From Verrucomicrobiota bacterium (GTDB lineage Bacteria > Verrucomicrobiota > Lentisphaeria > Lentisphaerales > Lentisphaeraceae): DNA of 64,000 nt. Both the position numbers and the translations under genes were made by a program. The stretch spans positions 96,001 to 160,000 of the forward strand of contig JBDKFG010000001.1 of the NCBI GenBank assembly GCA_039798785.1, written 5' to 3'. Under the pieces are notes generated by a model. That model was not told the origin of the DNA. It did not search any database and was given only the letters and a program-made list of their open reading frames with translations. Shown piece after piece: positions 47,990 to 58,296 of this stretch. Numbering within the stretch: position 1 is the stretch's first letter; each line of letters starts with the position of its first letter.

Positions 47990-50146
47990 TCAGGAATTCG
48001 ACTCCGCCAAGGGTGCGCCTTCAGCCTGTTCCAGTTCGTTTTCGACGGTGAGTCGCATGACTTCGTGGAGGGTGGTGAGTCCGGCGATGGCTTTGCGGAT
48101 GCCGTCGTCACGGAGCGTGCGCATGCCGAGGTCGCAAGCGCGGGTGCGGATCTGCTGGGTCGAAGCCCTCTTGAGGATCATTTCCTCGATTTCCGGGCTG
48201 ACCCTGAGGATCTCATAGATTCCCAGACGACCTTTGTAGCCTCCGCGGCAGAGGGAGCAGCCGCGGCCGGATTTCCAGGAGACTGTGCTAAGATCGAGGT
48301 TGCCAAGGGCAGAGGAGATGACCTTGCGGGGCAGGCGCTTGATCTGGCGGTTCATGACGCCGATCAGTTCGATGCCGGAGAGGGGGCGGCTGAGCTCGGC
48401 CCGGATGTTGTATTGACCGATCTTCTCGAGACTGGAGAGGGAGGCGTCGGTGATCAGGATCATAGGCACTTTCGGCTTCAGGGCGTTGATCCGGTCGAGC
48501 AGCTCGACTCCGGCGATGTCGGGGAATTCCAGGGATGTGATCACCATGTCGACTGAACGGGCGCGGCGCGAGGCGAGCAGGGTGGAGAGCTCGAAGCCGT
48601 TGGAGCAGGTGATGACGCTGAGGTTCATCCGGCTCAGCATGGTGCGGGCTAGGCGGAGCGACTCGGGATCGGGATCGGCGACGACGATGGTGTGCTGGCC
48701 GCTGTGGATGCCGGCTTCGAGGAAGTCCAGCTCCTCCGGGCCGGGCGACCAGGGGGCGCTGCAATGGCTGCAGATGCGACGCATCAGGCGCTGCGCCATC
48801 ACCGCCCGCACCGCGGTGGCGATCAGGAAGGGCTGGCAGCCGAGGTCGATGAGGCGGGCGATGGCGCCCGGAGCGTCGTTGGTGTGCAAAGTCGAAAACA
48901 CCATGTGGCCGGTGAGGGCCGCCTGCACCGCGATCTGGGCGGTCTCGAAGTCGCGGATTTCCCCGACCATGATGACGTTCGGCGCCTGGCGCAGCATCGA
49001 GCGCAGCACCGCGGCGAAGCTCAGGCCGATCTGATGGTTGACCTGCACCTGGTCGATGCCGCGAATCTCGTATTCGACCGGGTCCTCGGCGGTGATGATC
49101 TTGCGCGAGGTGTTGTTGAGGGTGTTGAGGAATGCGTAGAGAGAGGTCGTCTTGCCGGATCCGGTGGGTCCCGTGACCAGGAAGATGCCGTTGGGCAGCT
49201 TCACCGTCTTTTCGATCAGCTCCAGGTCGTCGGAGAAGAAGCCGAGCTCGCTCAGCGAGATGTTCACCGAGCTGCGGTCGAGGATCCGCATCACCACGCT
49301 TTCGCCGCGCGGCGTCGGGATCGACGAGACCCTCAGGTCGAGCTGCTTGCCCTGCACCACCAGGTCGATCCGGCCGTCCTGCGGCAGACGCTTCTCGGCG
49401 ATGTTCATGCTGCCCAGGACCTTGATCCGGGAAATGATGTTCAGCGACAAGTTGGAGGAAAGGCTGTGCGCTTCGGCCAGGACGCCGTCGATCCGGTAGC
49501 GGACGCGAAGCCGCTTCTGCAAGGGCTCGATGTGGATGTCGGAAGCTTTCGCCTGCACCGCGCCGGAGAGGATGGTGTCGACCAGCAGCGCCACCTGGGA
49601 TTCGCCGGCGAGAGAGGGGCGGCCGGTTCCGGCGCTGCTGTGTGAAAGCTCGCGCCTCTCCGCCTCCGCCTGGGCTTGAGCCGCCAAGGACTTGGCTTCG
49701 TTGGTGACGGCGTGGGCGGTGCTCGAATACCAGTGCTCGATCGCCTGCTCAAGCTGCCTCCGTGGACAGCTCACCGGAGCGATCGAAAAGCCCAAGGTGT
49801 TGCCGAGCGAGTCTAGCCTCCCGGTCTCCGATGGCTCGTCGGTCGCCACTGTGAGGACGCCATCGTTGATGTTCAGCGGCAGGAGACGGTTCTTGCGCGC
49901 ATATTCCGCCGGCAGCAGGGCCAGGGCCTCCGGACTGGGGATGAGATGCTCGACTCGCACCGTCTCAACCCCGACCGCATCGGCGACCAGGAGCTGGCAG
50001 TCCTCGACGCTCATGATGTTCAGGGCTTCCAAGGCCTCTTCGTGGCTGATTCCGCCCGCTTCGGCATAGGATTCGATCTGGCTCCGGACTTCGGCGTCCA
50101 GGGCTCCCATTTCCTGAAGAATGTCGAGGATGATGGTCTCTTGCAT
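47990..50146 (-). CDS. GspE/PilB/PulE-family secretion or pilus ATPase with an inserted receiver-like domain
   Basis: ASDIHIEP, RYRIDG, RLPQDGR, Walker A GPTGSGKT, EDPVE, LRQAPNVIMVGEIRD, TGH..STLH, AQRL, and split CxxC...CxxC. Confidence 0.93.
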   Translation of the reverse strand: MQETIILDILQEMGALDAEVRSQIESYAEAGGISHEEALEALNIMSVEDCQLLVADAVGVETVRVEHLIPSPEALALLPAEYARKNRLLPLNINDGVLTVATDEPSETGRLDSLGNTLGFSIAPVSCPRRQLEQAIEHWYSSTAHAVTNEAKSLAAQAQAEAERRELSHSSAGTGRPSLAGESQVALLVDTILSGAVQAKASDIHIEPLQKRLRVRYRIDGVLAEAHSLSSNLSLNIISRIKVLGSMNIAEKRLPQDGRIDLVVQGKQLDLRVSSIPTPRGESVVMRILDRSSVNISLSELGFFSDDLELIEKTVKLPNGIFLVTGPTGSGKTTSLYAFLNTLNNTSRKIITAEDPVEYEIRGIDQVQVNHQIGLSFAAVLRSMLRQAPNVIMVGEIRDFETAQIAVQAALTGHMVFSTLHTNDAPGAIARLIDLGCQPFLIATAVRAVMAQRLMRRICSHCSAPWSPGPEELDFLEAGIHSGQHTIVVADPDPESLRLARTMLSRMNLSVITCSNGFELSTLLASRRARSVDMVITSLEFPDIAGVELLDRINALKPKVPMILITDASLSSLEKIGQYNIRAELSRPLSGIELIGVMNRQIKRLPRKVISSALGNLDLSTVSWKSGRGCSLCRGGYKGRLGIYEILRVSPEIEEMILKRASTQQIRTRACDLGMRTLRDDGIRKAIAGLTTLHEVMRLTVENELEQAEGAPLAESNS

Positions 50147-50333
50147 GATCTCGCCTCCGCTGTCGCTGGGTAGAACTTAGGCCGCAGCAGGGGCGGAAGC
50201 AAGGGGCGGCGGGAAATTCTCTGCGACGAACTCCGGGTTTTTCTCTGCGCTCAGCGTCACATTCCGCCCACGGTGGCGATCCGGAGCTAGATTCCGCCCG
50301 CCTCTTTCAATTCAAACCAGGAGCCCCCCGCCC

Positions 50334-51974
<1,641 letters not shown>

Positions 51975-52032
51975 AATTTGAAACGGCCCCCGAGGAGAGG
52001 TCCGAGGGGGATAAGTACTGGAGATAAAAAAA

Positions 52033-52533
52033 GTGACGATTCATCAGTATTTCGAAAAGGTAAAAAATATCAATTGGTTCTCCAACGTTGGAGGTGGTCT
52101 TTTAAAGCCATATTGTGGATTAAAAATTCGACGAGTCGATTCGTGGGATCAAGCGGTAAAATGGGCGCAGCATGAACTTACTATTTGGTGTCTGATTGAA
52201 TCTGGTAATGTTCTGATGTCAGGTGTTAGATCGAACTCATTTGAACATTTTTCAAAATGGAATTCTATAGCAAGAAATAATCTGAATTATGTTATGCCAA
52301 TTATTGAAGGATGCGATTTTCAAAGAATCCCGAAATCTTATCAGGAAATTGTTTTCAGGCACCTGCAGTCACAGCTTGTAGGCGCCTTCATGGAATTGGC
52401 ATATGATGATTGCGCTCCTGTTGTTTTGTTGCGGCAGCAAATTGAACTTTATCAAGAGGGGCTATTTCCTTGTGGGTGGCGAGTCGATTCTCCGGATGAC
52501 TTTCCGCGGAATGCTGAAATCATCGTATATTGA
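52033..52533 (+). CDS. Hypothetical protein in an AT-rich islet
   Basis: GGAG ribosome-binding site before a GTG start, AT-rich codons, motifs INWFSNVG and YQEGLFPCGW. Confidence 0.7.
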   Translation: MTIHQYFEKVKNINWFSNVGGGLLKPYCGLKIRRVDSWDQAVKWAQHELTIWCLIESGNVLMSGVRSNSFEHFSKWNSIARNNLNYVMPIIEGCDFQRIPKSYQEIVFRHLQSQLVGAFMELAYDDCAPVVLLRQQIELYQEGLFPCGWRVDSPDDFPRNAEIIVY

Positions 52534-52632
52534 AGCATTCAATTCATCCCTGACCTGAAAAATCCACGCTGGATGTATCTGCTCAAGAAAATTGTGCAAA
52601 ATCAAGAATCTGCGACAACTCAAGGTAAAGCC

Positions 52633-53067
52633 ATGAGCGAAATTGCTAAAAGATGGATCACCGAAGAATGTCACACAGAGGATGGCATCTACTTCGGAGA
52701 CGATACTTTCATTCCACTGCAAGAGAACACTCCACAGCTCCCCCGTCGTACAATCACTGAACTACTAAGCTGCGAGCCCGACAATTGGTCGGCTATCATG
52801 ATTGGGGCCCCGTTGACAAGCTCTTCAAACTATCTCGTTTATGGCGGTGAAACTTCCTGGGAAGGAGCTGGCTTTCTCGCGCTCGTACGAGCAAGCGACA
52901 GATCCCTGATTTGGCTTCTCCATTCCTCCACATCCGAGCCATTTCGATCGGCCAGTATCATTGGGGATCTTATAGTTGCTGAGTCCTATGAATATCCTAT
53001 GGGCTATCGGTGGGAGATCCCGATCGACGCTCCATGGTTACTCATTTCTGTAGCCAGAGATGAATAG
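52633..53067 (+). CDS. Hypothetical protein in an AT-rich islet
   Basis: AAGG before the ATG at 52633 (alternative start 52573). Motif GGETSWEGAGFLAL..LIW..SEPF. Confidence 0.7.
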   Translation: MSEIAKRWITEECHTEDGIYFGDDTFIPLQENTPQLPRRTITELLSCEPDNWSAIMIGAPLTSSSNYLVYGGETSWEGAGFLALVRASDRSLIWLLHSSTSEPFRSASIIGDLIVAESYEYPMGYRWEIPIDAPWLLISVARDE

Positions 53068-53253
53068 CCTTTCACAATCTTGAAGCCATCCCCAAGAGCC
53101 CCAAATGCTCTTTGCGTTGTCCACACTGTCAGTGCGAGGACTTCGACCAGCGTCATGCGCAGATCGACACCCGCAGCTTCCGTCTCTTTGATGCAGCGTT
53201 GCCTGCATTGCTTTTGGAGCTATCTCGATTGAGATGAACTCGGAGGATTTTCC

Positions 53254-53508
53254 ATGAGCGACCTTCAAAACCCCCGCTTGATGTATCTCAAGGCGCTGCT
53301 CTTCGTCGGCATCGTCTTGATCTGCGGCCTGCTGCTCTTCCTGGAAGATCCGCAGTGGCGGCGGGCGCTCTTGCTGCTGCTGCTCGTCTGGAGTGCGGCG
53401 CGGGCCTACTACTTCGTCTTCTATGTGCTCGAGAAGTATGTCGACCCGAGCCTGCGCTACAGTGGGCTGATGGACTTGCTGCGGGAGCTATGGCGGCGGC
53501 GCAAATGA
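53254..53508 (+). CDS. Small hypothetical membrane protein (84 aa)
   Basis: GGAGG ribosome-binding site, two hydrophobic helices, host-like GC-rich codons. Confidence 0.75.
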   Translation: MSDLQNPRLMYLKALLFVGIVLICGLLLFLEDPQWRRALLLLLLVWSAARAYYFVFYVLEKYVDPSLRYSGLMDLLRELWRRRK

Positions 53509-53626
53509 AGAGCGACAAACGCAGGCCGGCGGGACGCCAGCGATCCAGTAGATGAGCGGCGAACGCAGATATCGACAGATATCGATAGACATCGAGGCCG
53601 CTTCTTCCGGTTCGTTCCTCGACCGC

Positions 53627-53660
53627 AAAAAGCCCCGCGATTTTCATCGCGGGGCTTTTC
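53627..53660. terminator. Bidirectional rho-independent terminator
   Basis: AAAAAGCCCCGCGA-TTTTCA-TCGCGGGGCTTTT. Confidence 0.85.
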
Positions 53661-53678
53661 TTGGACGAGGGCTTGGGA

Positions 53679-54155
53679 TCAGTGGTGATCGCAGCCTTCG
53701 CCGTGGATGTGGCCGTGCTCGAGTTCCTCGGCGGTGGCGGCGCGAACGCTTTCGACCTGGATGTCGAAGACGAGGGTGAGACCGGCGAGGGGGTGGTTGC
53801 GGTCGACGGTGACTTCGTCGCCTTTGACGGCGGCGACGGTGAGGATGACGATATTGCCTTCTTCGTCGACGGTCTGGAACTGTTCGCCGACGGCGACATC
53901 TTCTTCGAAGTTGTCTTTCGACAGGGTGTCGACGAGGGATTCGTCGCGTTCGCCGAAGTGTTCTTCGGGTTTGAGCGAGAATTGGACGGAGGCGCCGGCT
54001 TCGAGGCCTTCGAGGCGGGCTTCGGCGGCGGGGATGAAGCCGCCGAGGCCGTGGATGTAGGTGAAGGCGCCTTCGCTGGTGTCGTCGACGGTGTTGCCCT
54101 GAGCGTCTTTCAGGGTGAACTGCAAGGTGACGACGCTGTTTGTCGAGATTTTCAT
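53679..54155 (-). CDS. slyD: SlyD-type FKBP peptidyl-prolyl isomerase
   Basis: YIHG, PEEHFG, DRNHPLAG..L.F, RAATAEELEHGH and a His-rich tail. Confidence 0.93.
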   Translation of the reverse strand: MKISTNSVVTLQFTLKDAQGNTVDDTSEGAFTYIHGLGGFIPAAEARLEGLEAGASVQFSLKPEEHFGERDESLVDTLSKDNFEEDVAVGEQFQTVDEEGNIVILTVAAVKGDEVTVDRNHPLAGLTLVFDIQVESVRAATAEELEHGHIHGEGCDHH

Positions 54156-54171
54156 GGAGCTTCCTTTTTGT

Positions 54172-55296
54172 TTAAGCACGGAGAACTTTGAGCATCTCGG
54201 CGTTAGACGGGTAGCGGCCCATCACGGAGAGGATTTGGCGGAGGGCTTCTTCCTTGCGGGTTTCGGCCAGGGCGGCGCGGAGGGCCTTCGCCTTGGCGAA
54301 GTCTTCGGCGGGCATGAGGAGGTGGTCGTTGCGGGTGCCGGACTGGAGGATGTTGACCGCCGGGAAGAGGGCCTTGTCAGCGAGGGAGCGATCGAGGACG
54401 ATCTCCATGTTGCCGGTGCCTTTGAATTCGCGGAAGATCAATTCATCCATCTGGGAATCGGTTTCGACCAGGGCGGTGGCGACGACGGTGACCGAGCCGC
54501 CTTCTTCGAGCTGGCGGGCGAGGCCGAACATCTTTTTCGGTTCGGTGAGGGCTTCGGAGTCGATGCCGCCGGACATGGTGCGGCCGCTGCCGCGGAGGGC
54601 GTTGTTGAATGCGCGGGCGAGGCGGGTGAGGGAGTCCATGAAGAGGACGACGTCGCGGCCGGCTTCGGCCTTGGCGCGGGCGAGGCTGAAGACGAGGCGG
54701 GCGAGGCGCAGGTGCGACATCTTGTCTTCGTCGTTGGTGGAGGCGAAGACCGAGGCGCCGAGGGCTTCGAATTTCTTGCGGAAGTGGGTCACTTCCTCGG
54801 GGCGTTCGTCGACGAGAAGAAGCATGACTTCGCAGTCGCGGTGGTTTTTCAGGATGCCTTCGAGCATCTGTTCCATGATGATGGTCTTGCCGGAGCGGGG
54901 AGGTGCGACGATGAGGGCTCGCTGGCCGCGGCCGAGGGGTGTGAAGAGGTCGATCAAGCGGCAGGAAGGGGCGCAGCCGGCGTGCTCGAGCGTGAGGGCT
55001 TTGTTGGGCGTGATGGCATTCATGTTCTGGATGCCGCGGCGGCGCTGCCATTCGTCCGGGCGCATGCCGTTGATGGCGCTGATGAAGCAGAGGCCGGGGG
55101 CCTTGGGGTGATGCTTCGCCTTGCCTTCGACGAGAGCGCCGTCTTCGATGTTGAAACGGCGGATGAACTGCTGCGGGACGTAGATGTCGTCGGGGAGCTG
55201 CCGGAGGCCGGCGTCCATGCGACGCAGATTGCCGTGGCCGGCGCGATTCTTCTCGAGGATTCCCGAGACGTTAAATTCGTCAGTCTTGTTCGTCAT
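54172..55296 (-). CDS. rho: Transcription termination factor Rho (short form)
   Basis: DIYV, PLGRGQRALIVAPPRSGKT, LVDERPEEVT, DSLTRLARAFN, GRTMSGG, EFKGTGNME, SGTR. Confidence 0.93.
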   Translation of the reverse strand: MTNKTDEFNVSGILEKNRAGHGNLRRMDAGLRQLPDDIYVPQQFIRRFNIEDGALVEGKAKHHPKAPGLCFISAINGMRPDEWQRRRGIQNMNAITPNKALTLEHAGCAPSCRLIDLFTPLGRGQRALIVAPPRSGKTIIMEQMLEGILKNHRDCEVMLLLVDERPEEVTHFRKKFEALGASVFASTNDEDKMSHLRLARLVFSLARAKAEAGRDVVLFMDSLTRLARAFNNALRGSGRTMSGGIDSEALTEPKKMFGLARQLEEGGSVTVVATALVETDSQMDELIFREFKGTGNMEIVLDRSLADKALFPAVNILQSGTRNDHLLMPAEDFAKAKALRAALAETRKEEALRQILSVMGRYPSNAEMLKVLRA

Positions 55297-55405
55297 TTCC
55301 GTTTCTGAAGCCAAGTTAGAGATTGTGACATAACCAAGCGCCTGTCGGATCCCAAGGGCATAGATGCCGGATCCCCACTCGCGACACAAGGACGGGAAAA
55401 CATAG

Positions 55406-56377
55406 ATGACATACATCGATAAGGCAAGGCAGGTTCTGGAAATCGAACGCGATGGCATCCGCCGCATCTCCGAGCAGCTTGACGGCCGTTTCGAGCAGCT
55501 GGTCGAGATCTGCCTGGATACTTTGGCCAAGCGCGGCAAGATCGTCCTTTCCGGTGTCGGCAAGTCCGGCCAGATCTCGCAGAAGCTCGCATCGACCTTG
55601 TCGAGCACCGGTTCCCGCGCCTGCTTCCTGCATCCGGTCGAGGCGATGCATGGCGATCTCGGGGTGTTGGGCGAGGATGATCTTTTCATCGCTCTTTCCT
55701 ATTCCGGCGAGACCGAGGAGCTCTTGCAGGTGATTCCGGCGGTGCGCCGTCTCGGGGTCCGGATCGCGGCGCTGACCGGCAACGACGATTCTTCCCTCGC
55801 CTCCCAGGCCGACATTGCGGTTTCCTGCCGCATCGAGCAGGAGGCCTGCCCCTTCAATCTCGCGCCGACCACCACCACCACCGCGATGCTCGCCCTTGGC
55901 GACGCGTTGGCGATGGTGCTGATGCAGGAGCGCAATTTCCAGATCGAGAACTACGGGCGGCTGCACCCCTCCGGAGCCATCGGCCGCAGCGTCACCTTGA
56001 AGATCAAGGATCTGATGCGCACCGGAGAGCGGCTCTGCGTCGTCGCTCCGGAGACCACCGTGCTTGCCGCCGTCCTGGCGATGTGCAGCACCAAGGGGGG
56101 CACCGCCCTGGTCGCCTGCGAAGACCGCATCCTCCGCGGCATCTTCACCACCGGCGACCTGAAGCGGGTCGTCGCCCGCAGCCCGGAGGCTCTGAACTGG
56201 TCGGTGAGCGAGGCGATGGTGAAGGATCCGGTGACCATCGGGCCGGACGAAATGGCGGTCGAGATCATGAAAATTCTGCGGGTGAAAGCCATTAACTCCG
56301 TGCCGGTTGTGGATGGTGACAGAAGAGTTTGCGGGGTTGTGGACATTCAGGACTTGCCTAAGTTCAAGGTCATGTGA
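55406..56377 (+). CDS. kdsD: Arabinose-5-phosphate isomerase (KpsF/GutQ family, SIS domain plus two CBS domains)
   Basis: GVGKSG, STG, EAMHGDLG, SYSGET, EACP.NLAPT, HPSG.IG, then a CBS pair. Confidence 0.92.
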   Translation: MTYIDKARQVLEIERDGIRRISEQLDGRFEQLVEICLDTLAKRGKIVLSGVGKSGQISQKLASTLSSTGSRACFLHPVEAMHGDLGVLGEDDLFIALSYSGETEELLQVIPAVRRLGVRIAALTGNDDSSLASQADIAVSCRIEQEACPFNLAPTTTTTAMLALGDALAMVLMQERNFQIENYGRLHPSGAIGRSVTLKIKDLMRTGERLCVVAPETTVLAAVLAMCSTKGGTALVACEDRILRGIFTTGDLKRVVARSPEALNWSVSEAMVKDPVTIGPDEMAVEIMKILRVKAINSVPVVDGDRRVCGVVDIQDLPKFKVM

Positions 56378-56390
56378 TATTTTGCCTGAT

Positions 56391-57200
56391 ATGAAAGTAG
56401 GCATTCTAGGCGACATCCACGCCAATCTCCCGGCTCTTGAAGCCACTCTGAAAACCTTGGAATCCCTCGGCTGCACCAGCTTTGTCTCTGTCGGAGACAT
56501 CGTCGGCTACGGGCCTTATCCGAAGGAGTGTCTGGAGCTCCTCCTCAATCGCGGCATCCCTTGCGTCAAGGGCAATCACGACGAGTACGTGTCGCAGGAG
56601 GAGGACACCTGGAGCATCAATCCCGAGGCCCGCTTCGCGGTCAACTGGACGCGGGAGCAGCTCAGCCCTGAGCATCGCCGCATCCTGGCGGAGCTGCCCG
56701 AGGAGCTTGATTGCGGTGAGTTCTCCGTCGTTCACGCCTCCTGCACGCCGCTGCCCCGCTGGTCCTACATTCTCGACGAGCGCAGCGCCGCCACTTCGCT
56801 GCGGCACCAGCGCCGCGACATCTGCTTCCACGGCCACACCCACCTTCCCTGCGTCTTCGAGGAGCTGCCTCTCAGCGCCGATACCCAGCGCCTGCTGGAG
56901 GAGTCCAGCTCCTCCCATCTTGAGCTCCTCGACAAACTCGGCCTGACTGCGCCGATGCCGCGCCTGTCGCTGATCCGCGACGGCATGATTCTCAGCCCCG
57001 GACGCCGCTGGCTGGTCAACGCCGGCTCGATCGGCCAGCCGCGCGACAAGGATCCCCGCTCCGTCGCCCTCGCCTACGACACCGTCAGCCGCGAGCTGCG
57101 CATCCTCAGGGTCGCCTACGATATCAAGGCGGTCCAGGCACCGATGATCGCCGCCAATTTCCCCGATCGGCTGGTGCAGCGTCTGGAAGTCGGACGCTGA
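56391..57200 (+). CDS. Metallophosphoesterase family protein
   Basis: DIHAN, GDIVGYG, GNHD, GHTH, NAGSIGQPRD. Confidence 0.92.
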   Translation: MKVGILGDIHANLPALEATLKTLESLGCTSFVSVGDIVGYGPYPKECLELLLNRGIPCVKGNHDEYVSQEEDTWSINPEARFAVNWTREQLSPEHRRILAELPEELDCGEFSVVHASCTPLPRWSYILDERSAATSLRHQRRDICFHGHTHLPCVFEELPLSADTQRLLEESSSSHLELLDKLGLTAPMPRLSLIRDGMILSPGRRWLVNAGSIGQPRDKDPRSVALAYDTVSRELRILRVAYDIKAVQAPMIAANFPDRLVQRLEVGR

Positions 57201-57207
57201 GCCTGCC

Positions 57208-58065
57208 ATGGCGGTCCTGAGCACACCAGGCAAGATCAATCTCTTCCTCGACGTCACCGGCCGCCGGGCTGACGGCTATCACGACATCGAGACGCTGTTC
57301 CTCCCGGTTCCGGGCCTGTGCGACCGGGTCGAGCTCTCCCCTTCGACCCGTCCTGGTCTGACATTGGTCTGCGAGGCCGAGGGGGTTCCTTGCGACGAAC
57401 GCAATCTCGCCTGGAAAGCGGCTGAGGCCTATTTCCGGCAGGCCGGGCGGCCGCTGCCCGCCCTGCAGCTCCGTATCGACAAGAAGCTCCCCGTCGCCGG
57501 GGGCATGGGAGGCGGCAGTTCCGATGCCGCCGCGGTGCTGCGCCTTCTCAATCAGGAGCATGGCCAGCTCTCCGATGCCGAACTGCACCACATCGCCCTG
57601 GCCATCGGCGCCGACGTGCCTTTTTTCCTCGATCCGCGCCCGGCCTCGGCTAGCGGCATCGGCGAGGTGCTGCGGCCGATCCCCAAGAACGGCAGCCTTT
57701 TCTTGGTCTTCGCCTTCTCGGCCTTTCCGATCCCCGCCGCCTGGGCCTACAAGAACCGGCTTGGCCCCTTTCGCAGCGCGCCTCGTCCTTTCGAGGGCCT
57801 GCTTCAGGCTTTGGCCGCAGGCGACACCGCAGGCGTCGCCGCCCATCTCCACAACGGCCTGGCGCCGGCGATCCGCCGCAAATTCCCCTTGCTTGAAAAG
57901 GTCCGGCGCGACTTGGTCGCGGGCGGTTGTCTCGCGGCCGAGGTTTCGGGCAGCGGGCCGACGGTTTTTGGCATCGCGCCCGACGCCGCCGCGGCGGAAG
58001 CCTGCCGCTTGTCGCTGATCGCCTCCGGCTGGCCGGCGGCGATGGCGCTTTGCGCGGAAGCCTGA
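57208..58065 (+). CDS. ispE: 4-diphosphocytidyl-2-C-methyl-D-erythritol kinase
   Basis: KINLFL, DGYH, GGMGGGSSDAA, GADVPFF, GIGE, SGSGPT. Confidence 0.96.
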   Translation: MAVLSTPGKINLFLDVTGRRADGYHDIETLFLPVPGLCDRVELSPSTRPGLTLVCEAEGVPCDERNLAWKAAEAYFRQAGRPLPALQLRIDKKLPVAGGMGGGSSDAAAVLRLLNQEHGQLSDAELHHIALAIGADVPFFLDPRPASASGIGEVLRPIPKNGSLFLVFAFSAFPIPAAWAYKNRLGPFRSAPRPFEGLLQALAAGDTAGVAAHLHNGLAPAIRRKFPLLEKVRRDLVAGGCLAAEVSGSGPTVFGIAPDAAAAEACRLSLIASGWPAAMALCAEA

Positions 58066-58296
58066 ACCTCAGCCCTTGCGGACCCGGCACTTCTTGCCGG
58101 AGATGACGACGCTGAGCTTGGCAAAGTCCTCAATCCCTTCTTCGCGGAGGCGGGCGGCATAATCGTTGCCAAGCGCCGGGCTTGCGGAAGTCGGGGGATT
58201 CCCCCGAGCCGAACTGGGGGATATGGGTGTGTTTGGGTTTCATGCGGGAAGATGTCGCGGAATCCGCAAGAAGTCAAGCTTCCTGGCGAGCTCGCT

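Noticed and set aside
55297..55689. N-terminal extension of Rho
   Set aside because: It is antisense to kdsD and does not resemble Rho N-terminal domains.
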